A DNA stretch of 64,000 bases from an uncultured Mollicutes bacterium (lineage in GTDB: Bacteria; Bacillota_I; Bacilli_A; RFN20; CAG-288): assembly GCA_900539865.1 (NCBI GenBank), contig UQDS01000002.1, forward strand, positions 64,926 to 128,925. Direction: 5' to 3'. The notes under the pieces are model-generated. The model was not told the origin of the DNA and searched no databases. It saw only the letters and a list, made by a program, of their open reading frames with translations. Each line of letters begins with the position of its first letter. Position 1 is the first letter of the stretch. Shown piece by piece: positions 1-8,900 of this stretch. Made by a program: the position numbers and the translations under genes.

Positions 1-1609
1 GCGGTTTGCCGGCTTTGACATTTTCATAGATTAACATAGATGCAGTAAAGGAGGTTGCATACTGATATACATAGAAAGGAGTATAGAAGAGATGAGGGAT
101 ATAAGCCCAGACAAAGGGTTTAACCTTTTCTTCTGCGATGTCGATGCCGTAATAAGTCTTGTAAAGTTTGATCATTTCATCACAGAGGACAGAATAATCG
201 ATAGGTTCACCTTTTTCCGCTTTACAAGCAATTTCATATTCGTATTGTCCAAATAAAGTTTGGCGATAGAAGGTAGAGACAATTTGATCAATCGCTTTTT
301 GTAATAAAGCAATCTTGTCATTTTTCGACAATGTTCCACTGTCCATAAGATAATCTAAAAGATTGTGTTCGTTGAAGGTGGATGCAATTTCAGCGACAAA
401 AATCGTATATCCCTGTTTAACTACAGGTTGACTTTCCATGGAGTAAAGAGTGTGAATTGAATGTCCGCTTTCGTGCGCCAATGTGAAAACATCTTCTAAC
501 TCACCATTGAAGTTTAAAAGAATATACGGATGGATATTTTCACCGCCGGAAGAATATGCACCTGTTCTTTTTCCTGGTTGATTGTATACGTCAACATAGC
601 CTTCTTTTGTCACTTCTCTCGCTTTGTTTTTAAAATCTTCAGGGAAGTTATCAATCGACTGGAAGAAAAGTTCTTTTGCTTCTTCATACGTGTATTTCTT
701 TTCACTTCTTGCCAATTGAACGAAACGATCATAAGAGCGATGATGTTCTAAACCTAAATATTTTGCTTTCAACTTGTAATATTTGTGGAGCGCTTCATTC
801 TGAGTAGAAGCTACTTCGACTAAACTGTGGAATACATTTTCGTCGATATTGTTCGAATAGAGGTGTTCTTCTAAAATCGATTTATAACCTCTTGCTTTCT
901 TTTCTGCAATTTGTGCCTGTAAGACCGTGTTATAAATCTCACCATAGGTGTTTTTATGCTCATCATAATAGGTGTAGAGACTCTCAAAGATTCTTCGGCG
1001 GTCTTCTTGTTTCTCACAACTAGCACAAAGGGATGTCCAGTTGGCCTGATTAACTTCAACTTCACTGCCATCGGTTAAGGTTACTTTCTTTGGAACATAA
1101 TCGGCGACAGAGAGCAAAGAGTAAAGTTGAGAACCTTCTCCACTTAAAGGACCATAGAAACTCGTAAGTCTTTCTTGTTCAAATGGAAGAACAAACTTTG
1201 CACCGCGGAAAAGCTTGTCAAAAGCAAAATCAAAATCTTGGAACTCCGGATTATTTTTAAGGAATTCATCAACATAATCTTTGCCCAATTTTAATATTTC
1301 AGGATCGACAAAAGAAACGGCGGTACTATAGTCATTAAAGAGCATTTCAACTTTGGAATAATCTTTTGCGTTTTCGATATTTTTCTTATCTAAATCACTT
1401 CTCATCGATGCGAACATCGCAAGGCGAGAAAGCAATAAATTAGCTTCTCTTTCTAAAAGCAAATACGCCTTAAAACCTTCTTCTGTTCCAAGTTTTCCTT
1501 GAAGAGAAGAATAGGAAGCAATGATATGTGTTTTCGCATATTCAAGATCTTTTAAGAAACTTTCCTCATCTTTATAGATTTTTGTTAAATCCCATTTATT
1601 TGAACTCAT
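1..1609 (-). CDS. pepF: M3B oligoendopeptidase F (PepF), C-terminal part runs off the window start
   Basis: The reverse-strand reading frame is open from the ATG at 1607-1609 down to position 1. The translation contains a zinc-binding HExxH motif (LAHESGHSIH, near 440-470). There is a GGAGG RBS upstream. The automatic ORF track omits it because no stop codon lies inside the window. Confidence 0.75.
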   Translation of the reverse strand, partial: MSSNKWDLTKIYKDEESFLKDLEYAKTHIIASYSSLQGKLGTEEGFKAYLLLEREANLLLSRLAMFASMRSDLDKKNIENAKDYSKVEMLFNDYSTAVSFVDPEILKLGKDYVDEFLKNNPEFQDFDFAFDKLFRGAKFVLPFEQERLTSFYGPLSGEGSQLYSLLSVADYVPKKVTLTDGSEVEVNQANWTSLCASCEKQEDRRRIFESLYTYYDEHKNTYGEIYNTVLQAQIAEKKARGYKSILEEHLYSNNIDENVFHSLVEVASTQNEALHKYYKLKAKYLGLEHHRSYDRFVQLARSEKKYTYEEAKELFFQSIDNFPEDFKNKAREVTKEGYVDVYNQPGKRTGAYSSGGENIHPYILLNFNGELEDVFTLAHESGHSIHTLYSMESQPVVKQGYTIFVAEIASTFNEHNLLDYLMDSGTLSKNDKIALLQKAIDQIVSTFYRQTLFGQYEYEIACKAEKGEPIDYSVLCDEMIKLYKTYYGIDIAEEKVKPFVWAYIPHLFYTPFYVYQYATSFTASMLIYENVKAGKP

Positions 1610-1799
1610 TTTTGTTCCTCCTCATCATAAACTATCCTATTTTAACAAGTATTTGTTAAACTGCAAAAGAAATTGAAGTTACACATTAAATAAACTGTTT
1701 CAAACCTCGTGTTTTTTCAATATTGTAAGTGCTTTCAAAAGTCATACTACTTGAATAGATTTATAATCATTGACCGCATATAGGAGACTTATAAAAATT

Positions 1800-3215
1800 A
1801 TGCAAAGTTTAGTACAAAGTTCGACACTTCTTCCTTTGAATTTTTTGATCAATCAAAGTGAAGAAATCATCCAAAAAGGCAATCCAACCGACATTCTCCT
1901 TCCCATTGCTCTCTTGTTGATTATCGGTAAAATCTTGGCGCTCCTTTTAGGAAAAATCAAAATCCCGCAAGTAGTAGGTTTTTTACTCTCTGGTCTTATC
2001 GTTGGAGCGATTTATTTAATCCCGGGTCAGACAATTTTAACAGATTACACTGAATCAGGTTTGAAAGTATTTTCAAAAATCGCTGTCATTCTCATCATGT
2101 TCTCCGCCGGTGTTGAAACAGATATCAAAAAGTTAAAATCGGTAGGTGTTGCTTCCTTTTTCATCGCTTTATTAGGTGTTCTTGTTCCGATGCTTCTCTG
2201 TTTTGGAATCGCGCACGGAATCAACGCGCTTCCAAGTCACCCATTGACAATCGAAGGGGTTAACCCTCTCTTCAGCGAACTCTTCTATGGTGTCATCTTA
2301 ACTGCTACTTCTGTCAGTATCACCGTGGCAACTTTAAAAGAGATGGGAAAATACGATTCTCGTGTTGGTTCAGCTTTAACTAGCGCAGCAATCATCGATG
2401 ATATCATGGGAATTGTTGTCTTATCTTTAGCAGTATCATTAAGCGGATCCTCTAGTACCAACGCTGCTCCGACTACCATTTCCGGATATATTATAAAAGC
2501 TTTTAATATAACAAATAGTGGCGCCACCATAGCTTTACAACTTCTTTTTATGGCTGTTTTCTTTGGTTTGATTTTCGTTGTTGGCATCTATTTGCGCAAA
2601 CTCTTTAACTGGTTAGGAAACAAATATCCTCACCATATCCGTATTCCGATTCTTTCTTTAGGCGTTTGCTTCCTTTTCTCTTATCTTGCTGAGTGGTTTA
2701 ATATCGCTGATATCACCGGTGCTTATCTCATTGGTTTGATCCTTTCTACAACGTCTGATTCACAATATATTGATCATCGTGCTGAAACTACAGGAAACCA
2801 TCTTTTCGCACCGGTTTTCTTCGGTGTAATTGCGATGGATATGTATAAGACAAATTTCGATTTTTCAAGCCCTACATTCCGTGTTTTTGCTCTCTTTGGA
2901 CTTCTTTGGATTCTTATCGGCATCATTGGAAAAATCATCGGGTGTGGCGGCATGGCGTTATGCTTCAAATTCAATCTCTCGGATTCTCTTAAGGTAGGTT
3001 TAGGAATGATGGCACGTGCAGAAGTGTTGATTGTCTGCGCTTCTAAGGGGATTGAAGCGGGCCTTATTTCCAATCAAATCATGCCTTTCTGTCTCTTATT
3101 GATTTTAATCAGTTCTTTCTTGACCCCAATCAGTTTAAAGCTGTTATACCGTCATGATGATCGAGTACTCGCTTTAAACAACAATACTACAAATAACAGT
3201 GAAGAGACGAAATAA
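1800..3215 (+). CDS. monovalent cation:proton antiporter (CPA family Na+/H+ exchanger-like membrane protein)
   Basis: The 481-aa ORF is polytopic and hydrophobic, with GxxxLALLLGKIKIPQVVGFLLSGLIVG-type helices typical of CPA1/CPA2 exchangers. An AGGAGA RBS sits 11 nt before the ATG at 1800, so the internal Met is the more likely start than 1770. Confidence 0.65.
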   Translation: MQSLVQSSTLLPLNFLINQSEEIIQKGNPTDILLPIALLLIIGKILALLLGKIKIPQVVGFLLSGLIVGAIYLIPGQTILTDYTESGLKVFSKIAVILIMFSAGVETDIKKLKSVGVASFFIALLGVLVPMLLCFGIAHGINALPSHPLTIEGVNPLFSELFYGVILTATSVSITVATLKEMGKYDSRVGSALTSAAIIDDIMGIVVLSLAVSLSGSSSTNAAPTTISGYIIKAFNITNSGATIALQLLFMAVFFGLIFVVGIYLRKLFNWLGNKYPHHIRIPILSLGVCFLFSYLAEWFNIADITGAYLIGLILSTTSDSQYIDHRAETTGNHLFAPVFFGVIAMDMYKTNFDFSSPTFRVFALFGLLWILIGIIGKIIGCGGMALCFKFNLSDSLKVGLGMMARAEVLIVCASKGIEAGLISNQIMPFCLLLILISSFLTPISLKLLYRHDDRVLALNNNTTNNSEETK

Positions 3216-3337
3216 ACCTTGGACACTTCTTCTCACTAATTTGTTTTCATTCGTTAATAACCTCTCTTTATTTGCATTAATTTAAGAGTAACTCTACTAA
3301 AATAGAAATCTCAGAAGATATTCAGGGAATACAAAAA

Positions 3338-3375
3338 AAATAAAAAGAAGGTGGAAAAACCACCTTCTTTTTTAG
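3338..3375. terminator. bidirectional rho-independent terminator between the antiporter and RNase genes
   Basis: Hairpin GAAGGTGG-aaaaa-CCACCTTC with an A-run upstream and a T-run downstream. Confidence 0.7.
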
Positions 3376-3418
3376 ATTTTTAATTATAAGGAGAAATCTA
3401 TGAAAGACATTTCCTCAT

Positions 3419-4486
3419 TTAGAAATTGCGTTCGACAACAGAAGGATAAGGAGTTTTGTATTTTCCGGTTTCATCGTATTCATCAGCACCACCGGCAATA
3501 TTTCCAAACCACTCTCCCCATCCGCCTTCATAGTTGAGATATTCTTGGAAGTCTCTGTAATGGTCAAAGGTGTAAAAAACCTTCATTTCAGTTGGTTTAG
3601 AGCAAGGAGTTCCGCCGCCATAAGAATAACGACGTCTATAGACAATACGAGATGAACCTCTGATAATTTTACTTCCGTTGTTATAGGGGCCTGTTCTATA
3701 GTTGCCTGAGTACTCGAAGCTACCTGTCGTACCGATATCCATTTCATAATAGGAGTATTTTGAAGGATCTGGAAGTTCAGGTTCTGTGGGATACTGACTC
3801 ACATCGTTGCTGTAATAATTGTTGTTGACACGAAGATATTTGCCCCACGGGCTGGCTGTAGGCTTTGCGCTCTTGTTCTTATCATAATTTGCAGGGGCAT
3901 CGCCAAAAGCAAAGACATAAGCAGCAACCTCTTCTAATGTTACATAAGCGCCACCTTTAAATATCGTATTGACCACGTTTCCGTTAACATCGACAATATC
4001 ATAAGATAAACCATCCGCGCTCAATCCGCTCGTGATATTTTTGACGAATTTACCATTTTCTTTCGGCTGATTTTTTGCGATTGTTGGACGCTGTTTTTGT
4101 TCCTCAATGGAGCCAGACATAAAGTGGTGTTGCGTGCGATAATAAGCGTCATTATACGTTGTTGCAGGTTGATAGTTTTTGTAAAACTCATAAGAGCTAA
4201 CTCCAACATAAGGGTCGGTAGTAGGGCCTTGATCTACAGATTCACTATCTGAAACAGGCGGTTCTGTATCTGGAATGGAGGGTTTTGTTTCAGGAAGTGT
4301 CGACTCCGTATCGGGTTGAACAGTTTCACTATCCGGATTGATTGTTTCGCTTTGCGGAGTGTCTGTCGGATTCACCGTTACAGGTGGATTTGTTTCCTTT
4401 CCATCACTTCCGAAAATAGGAAAACTGTTGGTACATCCAGTCAATGTCAATAAAATAGCTGGTATGATATATTTTAGTTTATGCAT
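3419..4486 (-). CDS. lipoprotein with C-terminal barnase-family (guanyl-specific, N1/T1-type) ribonuclease domain
   Basis: Signal peptide plus lipobox (LTLTGC). A Pro/Thr/Ser-rich linker follows. The C-terminal approximately 100 aa align with barnase catalytic elements: E-x-DIG (Glu73 equivalent), RIVYRRRY (Arg87 region) and FYTFDHYRDF (His102 equivalent). Confidence 0.65.
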   Translation of the reverse strand: MHKLKYIIPAILLTLTGCTNSFPIFGSDGKETNPPVTVNPTDTPQSETINPDSETVQPDTESTLPETKPSIPDTEPPVSDSESVDQGPTTDPYVGVSSYEFYKNYQPATTYNDAYYRTQHHFMSGSIEEQKQRPTIAKNQPKENGKFVKNITSGLSADGLSYDIVDVNGNVVNTIFKGGAYVTLEEVAAYVFAFGDAPANYDKNKSAKPTASPWGKYLRVNNNYYSNDVSQYPTEPELPDPSKYSYYEMDIGTTGSFEYSGNYRTGPYNNGSKIIRGSSRIVYRRRYSYGGGTPCSKPTEMKVFYTFDHYRDFQEYLNYEGGWGEWFGNIAGGADEYDETGKYKTPYPSVVERNF

Positions 4487-4488
4487 TC

Positions 4489-4830
4489 CTATTTCTCCTC
4501 TCTATGTATACTGTCTTCTTTATTGAAGTGATTTCCATGATAACGTTTATGTAATTTATCTAAATTGTATTGAGCAACTTCTTCTAAAGTAACCCCCAAA
4601 CCGCTTGCTGTTTCCGCAATATACCAAAGGACGTCACCGATTTCTTCCATAAGGTGTTCTTTATCCAATTCATGTCCTTGGAACTTTACTTTTTTAATGA
4701 TGTCGCAGCATTCACCGCTCTCTCCTGCAAGTCCTAAAACCCCATTTAAGACCATATCTTTTTGGCCATCTTCAGAGATGAGATCTCTTGCCTGTCTTTG
4801 ATATTCGTTAAAAGATAATTTTTCTTCCAT
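4489..4830 (-). CDS. MazG-like nucleotide pyrophosphohydrolase (YpjD-type, about 113 aa)
   Basis: EExGE and EEIGDVLWY motifs of the all-alpha NTP pyrophosphatase family. The stop codon abuts the start of the RNase gene at 4486, so the two are probably co-transcribed. Confidence 0.7.
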   Translation of the reverse strand: MEEKLSFNEYQRQARDLISEDGQKDMVLNGVLGLAGESGECCDIIKKVKFQGHELDKEHLMEEIGDVLWYIAETASGLGVTLEEVAQYNLDKLHKRYHGNHFNKEDSIHREEK

Positions 4831-4846
4831 ATTTCAGTTCCTTTCT

Positions 4847-5332
4847 TCAATCAATCGATACAGAGAAATCTTTTCGGATATATTTTTCAATCAACGGATA
4901 GGCTCCGCGTAAAAACATCTCCTTGGGAGGAAGTTGTTCCAATGAATAAAACTTCAATTCGCTAGACTCTCCGTCAGATATAGTTAATTCTTGTTTTGTA
5001 GAGTCAACTTTACTATAAAAATAAAGATCTACATAATGCGTAATGTCACCATTAGGATAACGGAGGATATTCTTTTCTCCAGATACAATGGCAAAAAGAT
5101 GAACCTCATCTAAAGCAAGACCAGTTTCTTCTCTTACTTCCCTTCTTAAACCTTCCTCGACGGTCTCATAAAGATCAATTCCACCGCCAGGAATACAATA
5201 AAGGCCATTGTCTGTTCTCTTCTCTAAAAGTATTTCTTCCTTCTCATTGATAATGAGACAACTAAGCCCAACAGAAAGAATTTCATCATGACCCACTTTC
5301 TTTCGCAAATATGGAATATACTCTAAAGCCAT
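4847..5332 (-). CDS. NUDIX hydrolase
   Basis: Canonical Nudix box GGGIDLYETVEEGLRREVREETGL. Confidence 0.8.
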   Translation of the reverse strand: MALEYIPYLRKKVGHDEILSVGLSCLIINEKEEILLEKRTDNGLYCIPGGGIDLYETVEEGLRREVREETGLALDEVHLFAIVSGEKNILRYPNGDITHYVDLYFYSKVDSTKQELTISDGESSELKFYSLEQLPPKEMFLRGAYPLIEKYIRKDFSVSID

Positions 5333-5393
5333 GAAAATTCTCCTTTCGTAGTATTATATTATATAATAAATATATACATTTATCATTAGTAAA

Positions 5394-5660
5394 ATGAAAG
5401 TGAACAAGTTTGATATTCAAACGGCTATCCGTTATTTAAAAGCAGGATACCGTCTTAAAAGCATCATCGACCGCAAGGAAGAGTGTTTCGTCATGAGAAA
5501 TGACATTGTTTTTGTATTAGCAGAACAAAAAGGAATAAAGCTTGATCTTTATACCTTTGCAGATTTGTACAAAGATTGTGTCTTTGAAAAAGTAGAAGTA
5601 GAAGAGGAAGAAACAGTCGATATAAAGAAAGACGAAGAATATTACTCCTGGCGTCAATAA
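5394..5660 (+). CDS. hypothetical acidic 88-aa protein
   Basis: Complete ORF divergent from the Nudix gene. The C-terminus is acidic. I see no recognisable family. Confidence 0.4.
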   Translation: MKVNKFDIQTAIRYLKAGYRLKSIIDRKEECFVMRNDIVFVLAEQKGIKLDLYTFADLYKDCVFEKVEVEEEETVDIKKDEEYYSWRQ

Positions 5661-5663
5661 AGC

Positions 5664-5691
5664 TTGCATTTTTTTAAATTTTGGCTATAAT
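5664..5691 (+). promoter_or_regulatory. sigma-A type promoter (TTGCAT-16-TATAAT) driving the small ORF
   Basis: TTGCAT at 5664-5669, TATAAT at 5686-5691, 16-nt spacer. Confidence 0.55.
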
Positions 5692-5725
5692 TATAAAGCA
5701 TTGTTTAAAACGAGGTGTATATATT

Positions 5726-5848
5726 ATGGGAAAGAAAAGATTTGAAGCTAGAGGCTTCGCCGATGAATGGGCAGTCAGAAGAAAGAAGAGACTTGCCAAA
5801 CAGGCCAAAGCTCAAGCGAAAGCAAAAGCAGAAAAGGTTTCTGCCTAA
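5726..5848 (+). CDS. unannotated 40-aa highly basic Lys/Ala-rich small protein
   Basis: GAGGTG RBS 8 nt upstream of the ATG. The ORF is below the 60-aa ORF-track cutoff. It is bracketed by a near-consensus promoter and a strong terminator. Confidence 0.4.
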   Translation: MGKKRFEARGFADEWAVRRKKRLAKQAKAQAKAKAEKVSA

Positions 5849-5871
5849 GCATCTGAATACAGATAAATTAA

Positions 5872-5936
5872 CCGCCTGAAACGGCGGTTTTTTTCATTAA
5901 AAAAAGCAGCTAGAAATTCAATCTAGCTGCTTTTTA
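5872..5936. terminator. two rho-independent terminators
   Basis: First hairpin CCGCC-tgaaa-CGGCGG plus T7 on the plus strand. Second hairpin GCAGCTAG-n9-CTAGCTGC, bidirectional, flanked by an A-run and a T-run. The second also terminates the giant minus-strand gene. Confidence 0.75.
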
Positions 5937-5937
5937 T

Positions 5938-8900
5938 TTATTCGTGGAAGAAATAAACGCGATCAGGAGAGTTATTTGTAGAAGTGTCTTTTGATGAGGC
6001 AGAAACCGTAAGGACAGCAACATCATAATTATCGACAATTGTTATGCCGTTATATTTGTATGTTCCGTGAGGCGTTGCCGTGATGTTAGAGATTACATAT
6101 TCCTCTAACTTTTGGATTCTTTCATCTTGTTGAAGCTGATCGATAACGCGATCAAAACGCTGCATTTTTTGTGCTTTCATTGCATCATCATCCGCGGGTA
6201 AATTGATATTTCTATTGAGTTCAAACGAGATGTTGACTGCGATCAAAGAAACAGCTTTGATGTTCATGTTGATGTTCAACTTCTTCAATTCATGATTTTC
6301 ATCATAAACGATAGATGCGGTTAATCCAGCTTTACCATTCGGATCAAATTCAACGAGGTTGTCCTTCATCGAAATCAATTTTCCAAGACAAGCTGTCATC
6401 GTCATCGTTCTGTTTGTTTCGTCATAAGTTGCACTTTGCAAAATAGAGGAATAGTTTCTAGACATCGTCACCGTATTCGCACTGCTTTCTGTTCCATTTC
6501 CTCCGGTGGAATCATTGATAGCACCATAGACATTTCCTAATATGATGTTTCCAACAGAGATTCCGATGGTGGACATACTTTCGATATTGAATACATAAGA
6601 TAAAATGTAGTAGATGATATTATTCAAAAGTTCTTTTTGAGAAAGTTTACGGATTTCAGCAACACTTTCAGAATACTTGATTTGATTAAACCAACTTTCT
6701 TCTTTTCTTTCGTAAGTTCTTGTTCGAATTGAGTATGCCTTATCTTCTAAGACAAAGAATTCAACACCATAGAAACCATTGTTTTTCCAATAATCCGCAT
6801 CGATTGCTTTGCTGTTAAACGACAAATATGCAATTGTCTGCTGATCTTGAATATAGACATAACAATTAAAGAAAGTTTGTAAAGTAGAGAGCTTTAAAGA
6901 AGGCAAGAAATCTAAAGCCATATCGAGCTTAAGATGACCGGAAAGATCAAAGAAATGATGTTCAGTTGTAGTAATCAAACATTGTGTAAGCAAATCAAAT
7001 CCTTTTGAATCAACGAAATTTGCTTTTGTTTCGTCGTTGTAAGGCATTATTGTTGGAAGCTTTGTAGAATCATAAGCAGAGAGCTTAATTGTCGCTTGAA
7101 TGTGGAAAGCAGAGATATGACCATCGGCAGTAACTTCAGCAAGCTTGTTGTTTTCATCAAAACGGAAGGTTAATTTTTCGCTGCGACCCGAATGATCATT
7201 TTCATCTAATAAGTGACTAGAAAATTCTAAATATAATGTCTTGTCAGTGATACGTATCTCTTTGATGTTCTCATTTGTGAGGATAGAGAGATCTTTGTTG
7301 ACAAAGGCATCGATAATAGGCATACCGGTAGAAATAGCTTTTGCTGTATTGAAATAATTTTTCAAATACTGATACAAGAGATTGTTCGGATTGTTTCCTA
7401 CCGATACAACACGATCGTAAATAGAGAAAATATCTCTGTTCTTAAGCAATAAATGCATCGTTGCAGGATCGCTTACTTGTTCATCCAAACTTGTGAACTC
7501 TGCAATTGTCTGACCATTGTTATAGTCGCCGTTATATTCAAAGAGAATGCGATGATCGGTGTAATTTGCATAAGGATCTGTTGTAGTATTTTCTCCTGTA
7601 TTTCCATTCATCGGAACAACATTCGCTTTACCGTCTTTTGGTTGATATAAATGAAGTGTACCGCCAAGTGTAGGAGCACCTTGGATGCTGTTATCTACTT
7701 GACAATCTCCTGTTAAAGCAAGGAGTTCGTTTTCGGTTTGTGTCAAATTGTCCTGTTGATAGACAGAACCATCAAGCTCAAGACCAAAAGTCTTAAAGTC
7801 TGTCGGTAAATCGTAAAAACCTTTAATGATTTGACTGACATTACTCATCTCATAATAAAGAGCTTCTTGCTCGGGGGTAAGTTTAAAGTCAGAGAAAGAA
7901 TCGTTTAAGCTTAAAGCAAAATCGACATTGTAATTTTGATAACTCAAGCCGCGTATGGTTAACCCGGTAAGAGCATCCGCGTTCGTATCTAATTCTAAAG
8001 CGACAGATTTGACTTTATCTTTCAACGACGTTTCTGCCAAAATGTAAGGTAGATTTAATTCAAGGAATAACTTGTTAGGGTCTTGATTGTTTTTGTCAAT
8101 TTTAACGATTTCTTCTAGATGAGTTAACGAATAATCTTCACTCATTTTTCCGAAAAGGTGATCGATAAATGCAGTAGATTGGAAATAAGTCAACAAATCA
8201 TTGACACCATCAAGAGAAGAAGAGATTCCTTGATCGCTCAGAATTTGATTAAGAACTTCATAAACAGAAGCCATGCCTTGATTACTGATTTTTTGGTGCA
8301 TGAATTGATCGAGAGAAAAATAGAGTATGTTCTGTTGATAATTAGCAACAATATTGTGATCTACGCCGCTTAAATTGGTATCGAAGGTAAGTTTGTAAGC
8401 ACCGTAATTTTTGTTTTCGCTTGTGACATCAAACTGAGTCATATCAGCGGATAATTCACCAGAACCAGCAAGGATTTGACCTTTTTCATCCGCGATATTG
8501 ATGTTGTACTTTGTGTTGAATCTTTTTTCGTGAATCAATTTAGAAACAGTATCGAATAAAGGGACAATTCCTTGATAGTCTTTAAATGTGTTTAATTCTT
8601 CTTTTGCTTTATCTAAGCTGATTTTTTCTTCTGGATTTACAGTTGCACTAAAGTCAAAGATATAACTTTGATAATGAAGATTGAGCAATTCGATATAAAA
8701 TCCGTTCGATATATCTGTAGTGACATCTAAAAGTTTTATCGTAAGATCATAATCTCCAAGTCCAAAGAGGTTTGCGTTGATAACGATTTGGACACCATTT
8801 GCTAAGAAATCAAATGAACGCACATGTTCTTTGATTGCATTCAAGTCTCCTTGGCGTATTTTATCTAAATCAATTTTGCTCAAAATAATATCAACAATGT

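Noticed and set aside
1770-1799. Upstream ATG at 1770 as start of the antiporter gene
   Set aside because: There is no RBS before 1770, whereas AGGAGA precedes the ATG at 1800. I prefer the shorter start, though the longer one is not excluded.
5394-5660. 88-aa acidic ORF considered as a barstar-like immunity protein for the barnase-family RNase
   Set aside because: There is no trace of the barstar YYGxNLDALWDxL helix motif. Acidity alone is not evidence.
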